Assembly: GCF_006345805.1 (NCBI RefSeq)
Contig: NC_043013.1
Span: 55,738,001 to 55,802,000, forward strand
Source: Octopus sinensis
Lineage: Eukaryota
DNA: 64,000 nt
Direction of reading: 5' to 3'
Every line of letters starts with the position of its first letter. Within the stretch, counting starts at the first letter, position 1. Below, one piece after another: positions 52,340-64,000 of this stretch. Under the pieces are notes generated by a model. That model had not been told where the DNA came from. It worked only from the letters and a program-made list of their open reading frames with translations, and made no database searches. The translations under genes and the position numbers were made by a program.

Positions 52340-53814
52340 TACAATGTTTCCCCTTGAATTGTGTAGCTAACAGTTTAAAAGATATAATTTATATTTTGTA
52401 GCTTTTCAGCTGATTCTATCTTACTGCATTCATTTAACATTTATTGCTGTTATTAAGTGCAGAGTTGAGGAACTGAATTCTGAATCCAAAAAATTCATTT
52501 CCCAGATACCATTAGTCTATGAAAAGCATCAGTACTAATACTACTTTGTAAAAAATTTGGTATCAATTCCACTGTTTGATGCTTTCAAGAAAATACAGTT
52601 GTATAAGAAATTCTCCAAGAACATATCAGATTGTTGAAATTTGTAGACCTGTCAATATTTTACCAGTACGGAGAAACAACATCAACAACACCAGCAACAG
52701 GAACTTAATATAAGAAATGAAATATAACAGCTGTCATAAAAAAATAACAAAATATGATAGAAATATCAGCGATGATTTGTCAACAGTAATATTTATATCA
52801 TATTTATAATGCCATTATTATAACATTCGATAAATTGATATATAAGAAACTACAGTATAAAAGCTGTCAAAAAAAAAAGGAGAAAAAAAAGTGAGCTGAA
52901 ATATCAGTGTTGTTTATAAGTAGTCATTACATATTGTAACCTCATATAAAGTTTTGATCAGCTAAGTTTCTTTGACAGTTTGACGCAAAAGCATATATAC
53001 TTTACTCTCTCTCTCTCATTCATTTGCTTGCTTTCTCAGTCCTTCGTGCTTGTTATCCGATATTTTCAGCGCTCTCTCTCTAACCTATACATACAGCACC
53101 ATACACCATCATTTATTATACTTTCTGATTTAGATGCTAAAAGGCATGGCTGATTTACAAGTTCTTATTGATTAGCAAATAGGGGGAAAAAATACCCTAA
53201 AGTTCCTTCTGATATTTAGTATGTGTGTTTGAGCACCAGAAGAAATGGCCATTCTTATAAATTACCTAATAGAAATAAATTGTTTTGGCCTCTAGTGTTG
53301 ATATTATGGTATGAAAGGGCATGTGAAATTTGTCAGTTCGAATCATTATCTTACATTGCAAAGTCTATACTTGAGTAAGTATTGTTTACTGCAAAAAGAG
53401 ATTTAATCTACAGGAAATTCTATGTATATCTCAACTGTACAGCAGAGTTAATGCAAGAGAGAGGATGAGATACGTTATTGAACAAGAAACTTCCTGAGTT
53501 GTGTGAGTTCAACTTCACCCCTGGCATTTATACTGCTACCCCAACACATTTTATGGGCCAGGGTGATGTTTTAAAATGCAATATCCAGTTAATCATGCTT
53601 ATGATAATCTAAAAGATTGATGCTGTCTTCAAGACTCGATGAGGGTATGTAAATGAAATGCAACAAATTTGGGCGGAAAATACTTGTTAAAGGATCTCTA
53701 TCTGGAAGTTACTGAGCTGACCCATTTTCTTTGTAACACATACACACACACACGTGTGTGCGAGCATACAACACATGCACACACACACACGCACACATAC
53801 ACACACATCTGATG

Positions 53815-53970
53815 ACAATGGGCTTCACTCAGTTTTAGCTACCAAAATCACTGACAAGACTTTTGTTCACCCAGACTTCAGGAGAAAACTGTAGCCCAAG
53901 GTGCCGTGTGGTTGGTCTGAACCACAGAGTACTCAGGCTGGGAAACAAGCTTCTTAACAACACAGCAATA
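53815..53970 (-). mobile_element. SINE family A, 5' half, diverged
   Basis: Minus strand TTGCTGTGTTGTTAAGAAGCTTGTTTCCCA...GTGGTTCAGACC...GGCACCTTGGGC. Confidence 0.6.
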
Positions 53971-53978
53971 CCATGCAT

Positions 53979-54009
<31 letters not shown>

Positions 54010-56164
54010 CACATTTTTTTATATATGCATGTGTGTGTGTACATATATCTATCTATATATATGTATATGAACATATATGTATGTGCATATGTCTACACAC
54101 ACACACAAAAGCATAATTTAGTGTTGTTAGCACTGAGAGCTTCATACACTTGCATACACTTTTGTGTGATCTTGCACACATACACACGATGAGCATCGAT
54201 CCCCTCCACCCTTCTCCTTAACCCCTATATGTCAAGGATCACCTCTTCACCCTTGTCCATTATTCATTACATTCATCCTTCAACATCACTGAATCTCTAC
54301 GATCATCACCAACTCTTCCTAACTTTCCTTCTATTCTATATTTATAATTGATCACTTCTCAATCATTCTTCATTCATTATATTCATCACTCGTCCACACC
54401 ACACCCTCTACCCAACCACTACTTGTTCTTCTGTTCTCGTTCATTTTGGCCCCTCTTTTTACCTTGAGCTACACCTTGTACCCTGCCACTGCATCCCCAC
54501 TATTTTATCCGTCTTTCTTTCCAGCTCAACCACAGTTACTTCTACCTTCTCTTCTATAATGTAAGTGGTCATTTAGATCAACCCCAGCAACAAACCTCAT
54601 CTGTTCAGGACCCTACTTTCATACCTTAGCCTCTCAACACCCAGCATAAAGCAGCTTCATTGCCTATTATATTTCCACTCAGTCAAAAGGGGTCTCAGTT
54701 TTGCAAGCTGCTTGGAAACTTCACTAGTGCTGGTGCCATGCAAAAGCACTCACTCCATAAAGTAAAGTGGATGGTATCTAAAAGGAGCATCTAGCCTTAG
54801 AAACCATGCCAAAGCAGACATTGGAACAGGATGTGGTCCTGGGACACATTAAAGTCTAACATCATTAGCATAATTATTTACCATCTGGTTTCCATGCTGG
54901 CATGCAATGGAGGGTTTAATAGGGAACCAGTGAGCTGTAGGGCTGCATCAGGTTCCAGTGTCATCTTTGATATGGTTTCTACAGCTGCTTCTAATACCAA
55001 CCATTTCATAGAGTGTAACGGGTATGTTTTTTGTGCCACTGGCACTTGCGAGGTTGCCATGAAACTTGTATGACACACACACAAAAAGGAAAAGGAAAGG
55101 GAGAAAGCTTCCACGACCAAGTGGAAGTATTTGAGAGGAGAAGAGGGACGTTGGGGGTTTTATGTTCAATGTTGAAAGGTTAAATTATGATAGAGGAACA
55201 AGCACGGGTGTTTGGCTATAGATAAGACATAATACACACACTCACACATATATGTTTGTGTTGTATTTATACATAAATTAAAAATGCAGAAAGACAGTTT
55301 ATGGGCCTACCTTAGGTTTCCTGTTCATAAAAGATTTTGGGATCTGACAAAACTAAACCCTTTATGGAATCCTTAAGTTAATCCCAGAAATTGGCCTTCC
55401 CCATTTCTAATATATACTGCTCTATATCTTGTGCTTCTTCTTTTGAATTAATGTTTTTTACAGATGATATATATATTAGAACGTTGCATAAATTAACTTA
55501 GCTGCGGAAGCACCAAATGTGTTGTTATTTTACAGACAAGAAAATAAATTTCAAATGCGGTTTAGCTGTGAAAACAGCTGGCAACATTTTTCCGTCTTCT
55601 AAGGGTAAATACCTAATCTTCCTCTGCTGTTTTCACAACTATACTGCATTCAAAATTACTTTCTTATCTGTAATATATATATATATTATATCAAATTATC
55701 TCTTCGGCAAGTTAACTTGAGATTCCTTAATTAAAATGTAACCTTCATATGGTTAAGGAATCTTCATCCTGAGGTGCAGCTAGCAGAGTAACCCTCATTG
55801 AGTAATTATCATATCAGAGAATCTGCTAGGAAACATATGTAGCCTAGATTTTACCTGCTCCACCCACTCAATTTGGGTTTTTATTTGCATTCGTAGCAAC
55901 TCAAGTTGCTAACAATGAGCTATGAAAAAACTTTTCAACTTATCGAATTTCGATATAGGAAAAGCCTACAACCTTCTAAGCCAATAAATCATTATTGTTC
56001 CTGAACAATAATGGACTGTTCAAAGTTTACAGACTTCTTACACTCAGACCCTTGGTTCTTATAATTATACACACACATGTATGTATGTATATATAGACAT
56101 ATACACATATATGTATATGTATATACATATATATATATATATACGTATATACATATACATACAT

Positions 56165-56222
56165 ATGGTGCCCCAACATGGCCGCGGCTTTCGGGCTAAA
56201 ACATTTTTAAGGATTTTAAGGA
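56165..56222 (+). mobile_element. Extreme 3' tip of the CR1-type LINE
   Basis: GGTGCCCCAACATGGCCGCGGCTTTCGGGCTAAAACATTTTTAAGGATTTTAAGGA matches the 3' end of 43668-44757. Confidence 0.85.
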
Positions 56223-56224
56223 TA

Positions 56225-58247
56225 TATGCATCATCATCATCATTATCATCGTTTAACGTCCGCTTTCCATGCTAGCATGGGTTGGACGGTTCAACTGGGG
56301 TCTGGGAAGCCCGAAGGCTGCACCAGGCCAGTCAGATGTGGCAGTGTTTCTACAGCTGGATGCCCTTCCTAACGCCAACCACTCCGAGAGTGTAGTGGGT
56401 GATTTTATGTGCCACCGACACAGGTGCCAGACGAGGCTGGCAGACGGCCACGCTCGGATGGTGTTTTTTATGTGCCACCGACACAGGTGCCAGACGAGGC
56501 TGGCAGACGGCCACGCTCGGATGGTGTTTTTTTTATGTGCCACCGACACAGGTGCCAGACGAGGCTGGCAGACGGCCACGCTCGGATGGTGTTTTTTATG
56601 TGCCACCGACACAGGTGCCAGACGAGGCTGGCAGACGGCCACGCTCGGATGGTGTTTTCTTATGTGTCACCGACACAGGTGCTAGACGAGGCTGGCGGAC
56701 GGCCACGCTCGGATGGTGTTTGTTACGTGCCCTCAGCACGGAGGCCAGTCATTGCGGTACTGGCTACGGTCACGTTCGGATGGTTTTCTTATGTGCCACC
56801 GGCACTGGTACCACAAGGATACAAATTCCATTGATGTTCATCTATTTTGATTTGGTTCGATTTGATTTGATACGATTCGATTCGATTCGATTCTCACTTG
56901 CCTCAACATGTCTTCACAAGTGTCACAAGAAGGAAGGTATGCACAGGTGGACTGACTACGTCCCAGGTAGGGGCCATGGATTATGGCTTCACTAGTCTTG
57001 CCGGGTCTTCTCACGCACAGCATACTTCCATAGGTCTCGGTCTCTAGTCATTTCCATGGTGAGACCTAACGTCCGAAGGTCGTGCTTCACCACCTCGTCC
57101 CAGGTTTTCCTGGGTCTACCTCTTCCACGGGTTCCCTCAACTGCTAGGGATTGGCACTTTCTCACACACCTCTCTTCATCCATTCTCGCCACATGACCAT
57201 ACCAGCGCAATCGTCTCTCTTGCACACAAAACTGATGCTTCTTAGGTACAACATTTCTCTCAAGGTACTAACGCTCTGTCGAGTAAGTACACTGACATTA
57301 CACATCCATCGGAGCATACTGGCTTCGTTCCTCACGAGCTTACGCATGTCCTCAGCAGTCACGGCCCATGTTTCACTGCCATGTAGCATAGCTGTTCGTA
57401 CACATGCATCATACAGTCTGCCTTTTACTCTGAGCGAGAGGCCTTTAGTCACCAGCAGAGGTAAGAGCTCCCTAAACTTTGCCCAGGCTATTCTTATTCT
57501 AGCAGTTACACTTTCAGCGCACCCACCCCCACTACTGACTTGGTCACCTAGATAGCGGAAACTATCAACTACTTCTAGTTTTTCCCCCCGGAAAGTGACA
57601 GAAGTTGTTTTCTGCAGATTTTCGGAGGTCAGTGCTCCAGAGCACCTGCCACATACAAAAACTATCTTCCCAGTTAGCCTACCTTTGACATTGCTGCACC
57701 TCTTATGTGTCCATAGCTTACACTGGGTACATCTTATAGAGTTTCTACCTACACCTTTTCTACAGATCGAACAGGGCCATCTTCCTGATGATATTTGTGG
57801 GTTTTCTACCTTTCTACTTATTAGTACTTTGGTTTTAGCTAGGTTGACTCTAAGGCCCCTCGATTCTAAACCCTCCTTCCACACCTGGAACTTCTCCTCC
57901 AGTTCTGATAGTGACTCAGCGATTAGAGCGAGGTCGTCAGCATAGAGGAGCTCCCAGGGGCAACCGGTCTTGAATTCCTCCGTTATTGCCTGGAGGACTA
58001 TGATAAATAGGAGGGGGCTGAGTACTGAACCCTGGTGGACCCCAACCTCTACTTTGAATTCTTCTGTGTACATGTTGCCAACTCTAACCTTACTTACGGC
58101 ATCTCTGTACATGGCTTGCACAGCCCTCACCAGCCATTCATCTATCCCTAGTTTCCTCATTGACCACCAGATGAGGGATCGGGGGACCCTATCAAAGGCT
58201 TTCTCCATGTCAACAAAAGCCAGGTACAGGGGCTTATCCTTATCCTT
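56225..58247 (-). mobile_element. 5'-truncated RTE LINE copy
   Basis: ORF from [17 protein letters not shown] through VHQGSVLSP and LYADD to a frameshift near 57230, then RRLRWYGHV...RGRPRKTW; 3'UTR with 57-bp tandem units; (GAT)n tail. Confidence 0.95.
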
Positions 58248-58248
58248 A

Positions 58249-58293
<45 letters not shown>

Positions 58294-58364
58294 ATCCATA
58301 TGTATATATGTATGTATATATATATATGTATATATATGTATTGGAAGGTTTGGAGATAATGTAC

Positions 58365-58541
58365 AGAAATGAGGTACTCAGAATTCGAAGGGTTTTATAT
58401 TTACAGATATTTATTTGTAAATTACATGTTTTTATACATCATATAACTTAGATCTAAGTTATATGATGTATAAAAACATGTAATATACAAATAAATATCT
58501 GTAAATATAAAACCCTCCGAATTTCTGAGTACCTCATTTCT
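58365..58541. repeat. Loopless ~88-bp-arm palindrome between two divergent RTE copies
   Basis: Centre ACTTAGA|TCTAAGT at 58452/58453; about three differences between the arms. Confidence 0.9.
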
Positions 58542-58643
58542 TCTAATATGTATATATGTATATATACATATGTATATATGTATATAATGTATATACATAC
58601 ATATGCATATATGTATATATACATATATATATGTATATATGTA

Positions 58644-58689
<46 letters not shown>

Positions 58690-58694
<5 letters not shown>

Positions 58695-61359
58695 CACCCT
58701 ACTGCAGACCACATCATTGACGAACGACAGGGACCTTCTCTTTGTGGCTGGTGACTTCAATGGGCATGTTGGACGACGTGCTGGGGGCTTCCATGGCGTG
58801 CATGGAGGCTACGGTTATGGTTCCCGCAACGAGGAGGGAACCAGGCTGCTGGAGTTCTGCGATGCGAATAGTCTTATGATTTGCAACACTAACTTCAGGA
58901 AACCGACAAGCCACCTGGTCACCTACCGATCGGGCCGGCATACTAGCCAAATCGACTACATCCTTGCCAGAAAAAGGGAAAGATGGCTGCTTATAAATGC
59001 CAAAACCTTCCCAAGTGAAGAATGCACCCCACAACATAGACTGGTAGTTAGTGACTTTAGGATCAGGACTAAGAGGGCGACTAGAAGACGACCAACATGG
59101 AGAAGAAGGGTCTGGAAGCTTAAAGACCCTGCGAATGGACAGAGATTTAGAGATATGTTATTTGAAGCTTTAGACGAAATGGAAGGGAGTATAGCTACGC
59201 ATGGGGTAGAAGACAACTGGACGCTTCTGAGGGACAACCTGCTGAAAGCCGCTGACCAGATCTGTGGCTGGTGCAAAGTCCCCTTAAGACCCAAAATAAC
59301 GTGGTGGTGGAACAATATTGTTGACAGGGCTATTAGACAAAAGAAACAGGCTTGGAAGGCCTGGAAGAACGGTGGTAGCAGGGAAGTGTATCAGTCTGCC
59401 AGAAGGGAAGCCAGGAGACAGGTCTATCTAGCCAGAGGGGAAGCAGAGAAGGAAAAATTTGCCAATGTCCTGCGTCGTGAGGATGAAAGACTTGAGGTAT
59501 TTCGTGTTGCAAGACAGTGTGTGAGAGAGAATCGTGACGTGGTAGGAGAGAAATGTGTTCGCAAGGAGGACGGTTCACTTGCACTTAATGAGGGTGCAAA
59601 GAGAGAGACTTGGAGACGCCACTATGATAGGTTGCTGAATGAAGAAAATGAATGGGATAAAGAGAGTCTGCCGAATGTCGACCCAACAGAGGGACCAGCA
59701 ATCCGAGTTAACAGTTCCTTAGTAGATAAGGCAATTAGAAGCATGAAAACAGGGAAAGCCCCAGGCCCATCAGGAATTACTGCAGAGATGCTCAAAATAT
59801 CTGGTGGTGTCGGCTATAGCTTAGTCACCCGTATAGTTAACCAGGTGATACACGAGGGGGTCATACCCAATGACTGGTGTAGCAGCATAATAGTCAACTG
59901 CTACAAAGGTAAAGGCGACGCCCTAGAGACAAATAACTACAGGGGCATCAAGCTGCTGGATCAGGTAATGAAGGTTACGGAGAGGGTTGTAGCCCAACTA
60001 ATTAGAGAGAGAGTTACCTTAGATGATATGCAGTTTGGGTTCGTGCCAGGGAAAAGTACTACTGATGCTATATTCCTGGTAAGACAGCTGCAGGAGAAAT
60101 ACCTAGCCAAAGATAAGCCCTTGTACCTGGCTTTTGTTGACTTGGAGAAAGCCTTTGACAGGGTCCCCCGGTCCCTTATCTGGTGGTCAATGAGGAAACT
60201 AGGGATAGAAGAATGGTTGGTGAGAGCTGTGCAAGCCATGTACAGAGACGCTGCTAGTAAGGTGAGGGTGGGCAACGAGTACAGTGAAGAATTCCGGGTA
60301 GAGGTTGGGGTCCACCAAGGTTCAGTCCTCAGTCCCCTCCTATTTATCATAGTCCTCCAGGCAATAACGGAGGAATTCAAGACAGGTTGCCCCTGGGAGC
60401 TCCTCTATGCTGATGACCTTGCTCTAATTGCTGAGTCACTATCAGAACTGGAGGAGAAGTTCCAGGTGTGGAAACAAGGATTAGAATCGAAGGGCCTTAG
60501 AATCAACCTAGCCAAAACCAAAGTTCTAATAAGTAGGAAGGTAGATCAATCACAAACGCCTACAGGTAGATGGCCCTGCTCGATCTGTAAAAAAGGTGTA
60601 GGTAGAAACTCTATAAGATGCACCAAGTGTAAGCTATGGACACATAAGAGGTGCAGCAATGTCAAAGGAAGGCTAACTAGGAAAATAGTTTTTGTCTGTG
60701 GCAAATGCTCAGGAGCAATAAACACTGGAAATATGCAGAGACCAACTTCTGCCACGTTCCAGGGAGACAAACTAGAAGTAGTTGATAGCTTCCGCTACCT
60801 AGGAGACCAAGTCAGTAGCGGGGGTGGGTGTGCTGAAAGTGTAACTGCTAGAGTAAGAATAGCCTGGGCAAAGTTTAGAGAGCTCTTACCCCTGCTGGTG
60901 ACAAAAGGCCTCTCGCTCAGAGTAAAAGGCAGACTGTATGATGCATGTGTACGTACAGCCATGCTACATGGTAGTGAAACATGGGCCGTGACTGCTGAGG
61001 ATATGCGTAAGCTCGCAAGAAATGAAGCCAGTATGCTCCGATGGATGTGTAATGTCAGTGTTCATAATCGTCAGAGTGTAAGTTCCTTGAGAGAAAAGCT
61101 GAACCTAAGAAGCGTCAGTTGTGGCGTGCAAGAGAGACGGCTGCGCTGGTATGGTCATGTGACAAGAAAGGCTGAAGATAGTTGTGTGCAAAAGTGCTAC
61201 ACCCTAGCAGTGGAGGGAACCTGTGGAAGAGGTAGACCCAGGAAAACCTGGGACGAGGTGGTGAAGCACGACCTTCGAACTTTAGGTCTCACTAAGGAAA
61301 TGTCTAGAGACCGAGACCTATGGAAGTATGCTGTGCATGAGAAGACCCGGCAAGACTAG
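58690..61359 (+). CDS. RTE ORF: C-terminal half of AP endonuclease, RT, PHD-like insertion, C-terminal domain (no native start)
   Basis: [21 protein letters not shown] (APE); [40 protein letters not shown] (RT); RRLRWYGHV and RGRPRKTW (RTE hallmarks). The first ~29 aa of ORF 58603..61359 are microsatellite. Confidence 0.9.
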
Positions 61360-61369
61360 TCAGGCCATA

Positions 61370-63145
61370 ACCCGTGGCCCCGACTTGGGACGTAGTCAGT
61401 CCTGTGCATACCTTCCTTCTTGTGACACTTATAAAGACCTGTTGAGGCAAGTGAAAATCAAATCAAATCAAAACAAATCAAAATAGATGAACATCAGTGG
61501 AATTGTATTCTTTGTGGTACCAGTGCCGGTGGCACACAAGAAAACCACCCAAACGTGGCCGTAACCAGTACCGCATCGACTGGCCTCCGTGCTGTGGGCA
61601 CAACAAACACCATCCGATCGTGGCCGTTCGCCAGCCTCATCTGGCACCTGTGCCGGTGGCACATAAAGACACCATCCGAAGACCCGGCGACGTAGTCAGT
61701 CCACCTGTGCATACCTTCCCTCTTATGACACTTGTGAAGACCTGTTGAGGCAAGTGTGTGACACTTGTGAAGACCTGTTGAGGCAGAGGCAAGTGTGTGA
61801 CACTTGTGGAGACCTGTTGAGGCAAGTGTGTGACCCTTGTGAAGACCTGTTGAGGCAAGTGAAAATCAAACCAAATCAAATCAAAATAGATGAATATCAA
61901 TGGAATTTGTATCTTTGTGGTTCCAGTACCGGTGGCACACAAGAAAACCATCCGAACGTGGCCGTAGCTGGTACCGCATCGACTGGCCTCCGTGCTGTGG
62001 GCACAACAAACACCATCTGATCGTGGCCGTTCGCCAGCCTCACCTGGCACCTGTGTCGGTGGCACATAAAAACACCATCCAAAGACCCGGCGACGTAGTC
62101 AGTCCACCTGTGCATACCTTCCCTCTTATGACACTTGTGAAGACCTGTTGAGGCAGAGGCAAGTGTGTGACACTTTGTGAAGACCTGTTGAGGCAGAGGC
62201 AAGTGTGTGACACTTGTGGAGACCTGTTGAGGCAAGTGTGTGACACGCGTGACACTTGTGAAGACCTGTTGAGGCAAGTGAAAATCAAACCAAATCAAAA
62301 TAGATGAACATCAATGGAATTTGTATCTTTGTGGTTCCAGTACCGGTGGCACACAAGAAAACCATCCGATCGTGGCCGTTCGCCAGCCACATCTGGCACC
62401 TGTGTCGGTGGCACATAAAGACACCATCCGAAGTCCCGGCGACGTAGACAGTCCACCTGTGCATACCTTCCTTCTTGTGACACTTGTGAAGACCTGTTGA
62501 GGCAAGTGAAAATCAAAAAAATCAAATCAAATCAAAACAAATCAAAATAGATGAACATAAATGGAATTTGTATCTTTGTGGTACCAGTGCCGGTGGCACA
62601 CAAGAAAATCATCCGAACGTGGCCGTAGCCAGTACCGCATAGACTGGCCTCCGTGCTTTGGGGACGTAACAAACACCATCCGATCGTGGCCGTCCGCCAG
62701 CCTCATCTGGCACCTGTGTCGGTGGCACATAAAAACACCATCCGAGCGTGGCCGTCTGCCAGCCTCGTCTGGCACCTGCCAGCCTCATCTGGCACCTGTG
62801 TCGGTGGCACATAAAAACACCATCCGAGCGTGGCCGTCTGCCAGCCTCGTCTGGCACCTGTGTCGGTGGCACATAAAAACACCATCCGAGCGTGGCCGTT
62901 CGCCAGCCTCGTCTGGCACCTGTGTCGGTGGCACATAAAAACACCATCCGAGCGTGGCCGTCTGCCAGCCTCGTCTGGTACCTGCCAGCCTCATCTGGCA
63001 CCTGTGTCGGTGGCACATAAAAACACCATCCGAGCGTGGCCGTCTGCCAGCCTCGTCTGGCACCTGTGTCGGTGGCACATAAAAACACCATCAGAGCGTG
63101 GCCGTTCGCCAGCCTCGTCTGGCACCTGTGTCGGTGGCACATAAA
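61370..63145 (+). repeat. Hierarchical tandem repeats in the RTE 3'UTR
   Basis: Four ~250-410-nt macro-units (AAATCAAAATAGATGA at ~61477, 61878, 62293 and 62540) with nested ~30-36-nt GTGACACTTGTGAAGACCTGTTGAGGCA subunits, then about eight ~57-nt units. Confidence 0.9.
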
Positions 63146-63387
63146 ATCACCCACTACACTCTCGGAGTGGTTGGCGTTAGGAAGGGCATCCAGCTGTAGA
63201 AACACTGCCAGATCTGACTGGCCTGGTGCAGCCTTCGGGCTCCCCAGACCCCAGTTGAACCGTCCAACCCATGCTAGCATGGAAAACGGACGCTAAATGA
63301 TGATGATGATGATGATGATGATATATATATACATGTGTGTATATATATATATAAATATATACACACATATGTATATATATATATGTA

Positions 63388-63431
<44 letters not shown>

Positions 63432-63479
63432 TACATACACTCACATATATATGCAAGAGATAAAGAAGACTAGAGCATT

Positions 63480-63960
63480 ATGTATATATCCAAAATTTAT
63501 TTATTTCTGAATTATTCTCCTTAATTTCCAGTCGGATGTGGATAAATGTCCCAAGTCCTTTGATGTAGCATTTCTGTGCATTTAGTTGGTTTAGTTGTCA
63601 TACATATTCAGCAAACATTCCTAGGCAGCCTTGTTTGAGGTATTTGCCCTTGCTGGTGGATGAAGTGAACTCAGGATTCAAGTGTAAGGCAGGCCTTCTT
63701 AAAGTATATCTTAGGTGTGGGTTCATCAGACCTTAGGGTACATTACTGTACAAATTTTGAAGCTGTATAATCCTGCAATTCTTCTTTCTGAGGTTGTGAT
63801 GATGTCCTGCCCGAAATCCAAAGAAGCAAACTCAGGATTTACGTCTTGAGTGAAAGACTGTCTAATCTTTGCTCTTAAACAAGTTACGTGTTCCCTACCA
63901 TTTGATGTGGTTAGCCAGATGTGGATTATATCAGAGTGTTAATAAGGTACCACTTCTATT
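63480..63960 (-). pseudogene. Possible very old LINE C-terminal remnant
   Basis: Minus-strand LDFGQDIITTSERRIAGLYSFKIC loosely resembles the CR1-type L-x-L-x-TLEERR...FKI region; weak. Confidence 0.2.
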
Positions 63961-64000
63961 CATTTATGTTATACACACACAATAATTAAGATGGCTAGAT

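Larger units (their letters stand above)
58690..63322 (+). mobile_element. RTE-clade LINE, 5'-truncated, young, with ~2-kb repetitive 3'UTR and (GAT)n tail
   Basis: Uninterrupted frame to 61359; 3' end CCAACCCATGCTAGCATGGAAAACGGACGCTAAATGATGATG. Confidence 0.95.

Noticed and set aside
56404-56720. CRISPR-like regular array with hairpins (also 62690-63145)
   Set aside because: Units are contiguous near-identical repeats with no unique spacers, inside LINE 3'UTRs, with no cas genes in a eukaryotic context.
57151-60770. Antisense ORFs over the RTE copies (for example 57595..57945, 59961..60380)
   Set aside because: Shadow frames of the RT coding strand.
56225-61359. The two RTE copies as an assembly-generated inverted duplication
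   Set aside because: They differ at many nucleotide and amino-acid positions and have different UTR repeat counts.
62609-63280. Repeat-protein ORFs (ATDTGARRGWQTATLGWCF)n, also 56253-56995
   Set aside because: Antisense or off-frame readings of the 57-nt UTR repeat; several frames are open simultaneously and there is no coding signature.

Overview
AT-rich, microsatellite-laden eukaryotic DNA with no confidently identifiable host protein-coding gene. The SINE and LINE families look like those of an octopod cephalopod; this is inference from recognition, not a database result. Almost all interpretable sequence is mobile DNA. There are at least six Penelope-like element (PLE) coding remnants with RT and/or GIY-YIG, and their pseudo-LTRs (pLTRs) carry several minimal type I hammerhead ribozymes, two with unusual cores. 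There are three coding copies of an RTE-clade LINE (one with a 2.7-kb open frame) plus many 3' stubs, one CR1-type LINE 3' half, two tRNA-derived SINE families, mariner remnants, a Helitron-like chain and TTAA MITEs. The most unusual observation is at 38.9-43.2 kb: a young GIY-YIG PLE followed by a ~3.5-kb tail of direct and inverted ~400-nt units. In one aligned pair of inverted arms, 16 of 19 differences are G-U compatible on the sense strand, and the tail ends in a hammerhead. Also notable: a possibly intact Naiad-like PLE with expanded linkers (45-48 kb), several near-loopless fold-back palindromes, one compound (TA) minisatellite apparently split by successive insertions, and a 26-bp array of consensus 5' splice sites. 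Most listed ORFs (YIYI, HTHT, poly-I, poly-F) are microsatellite translations.
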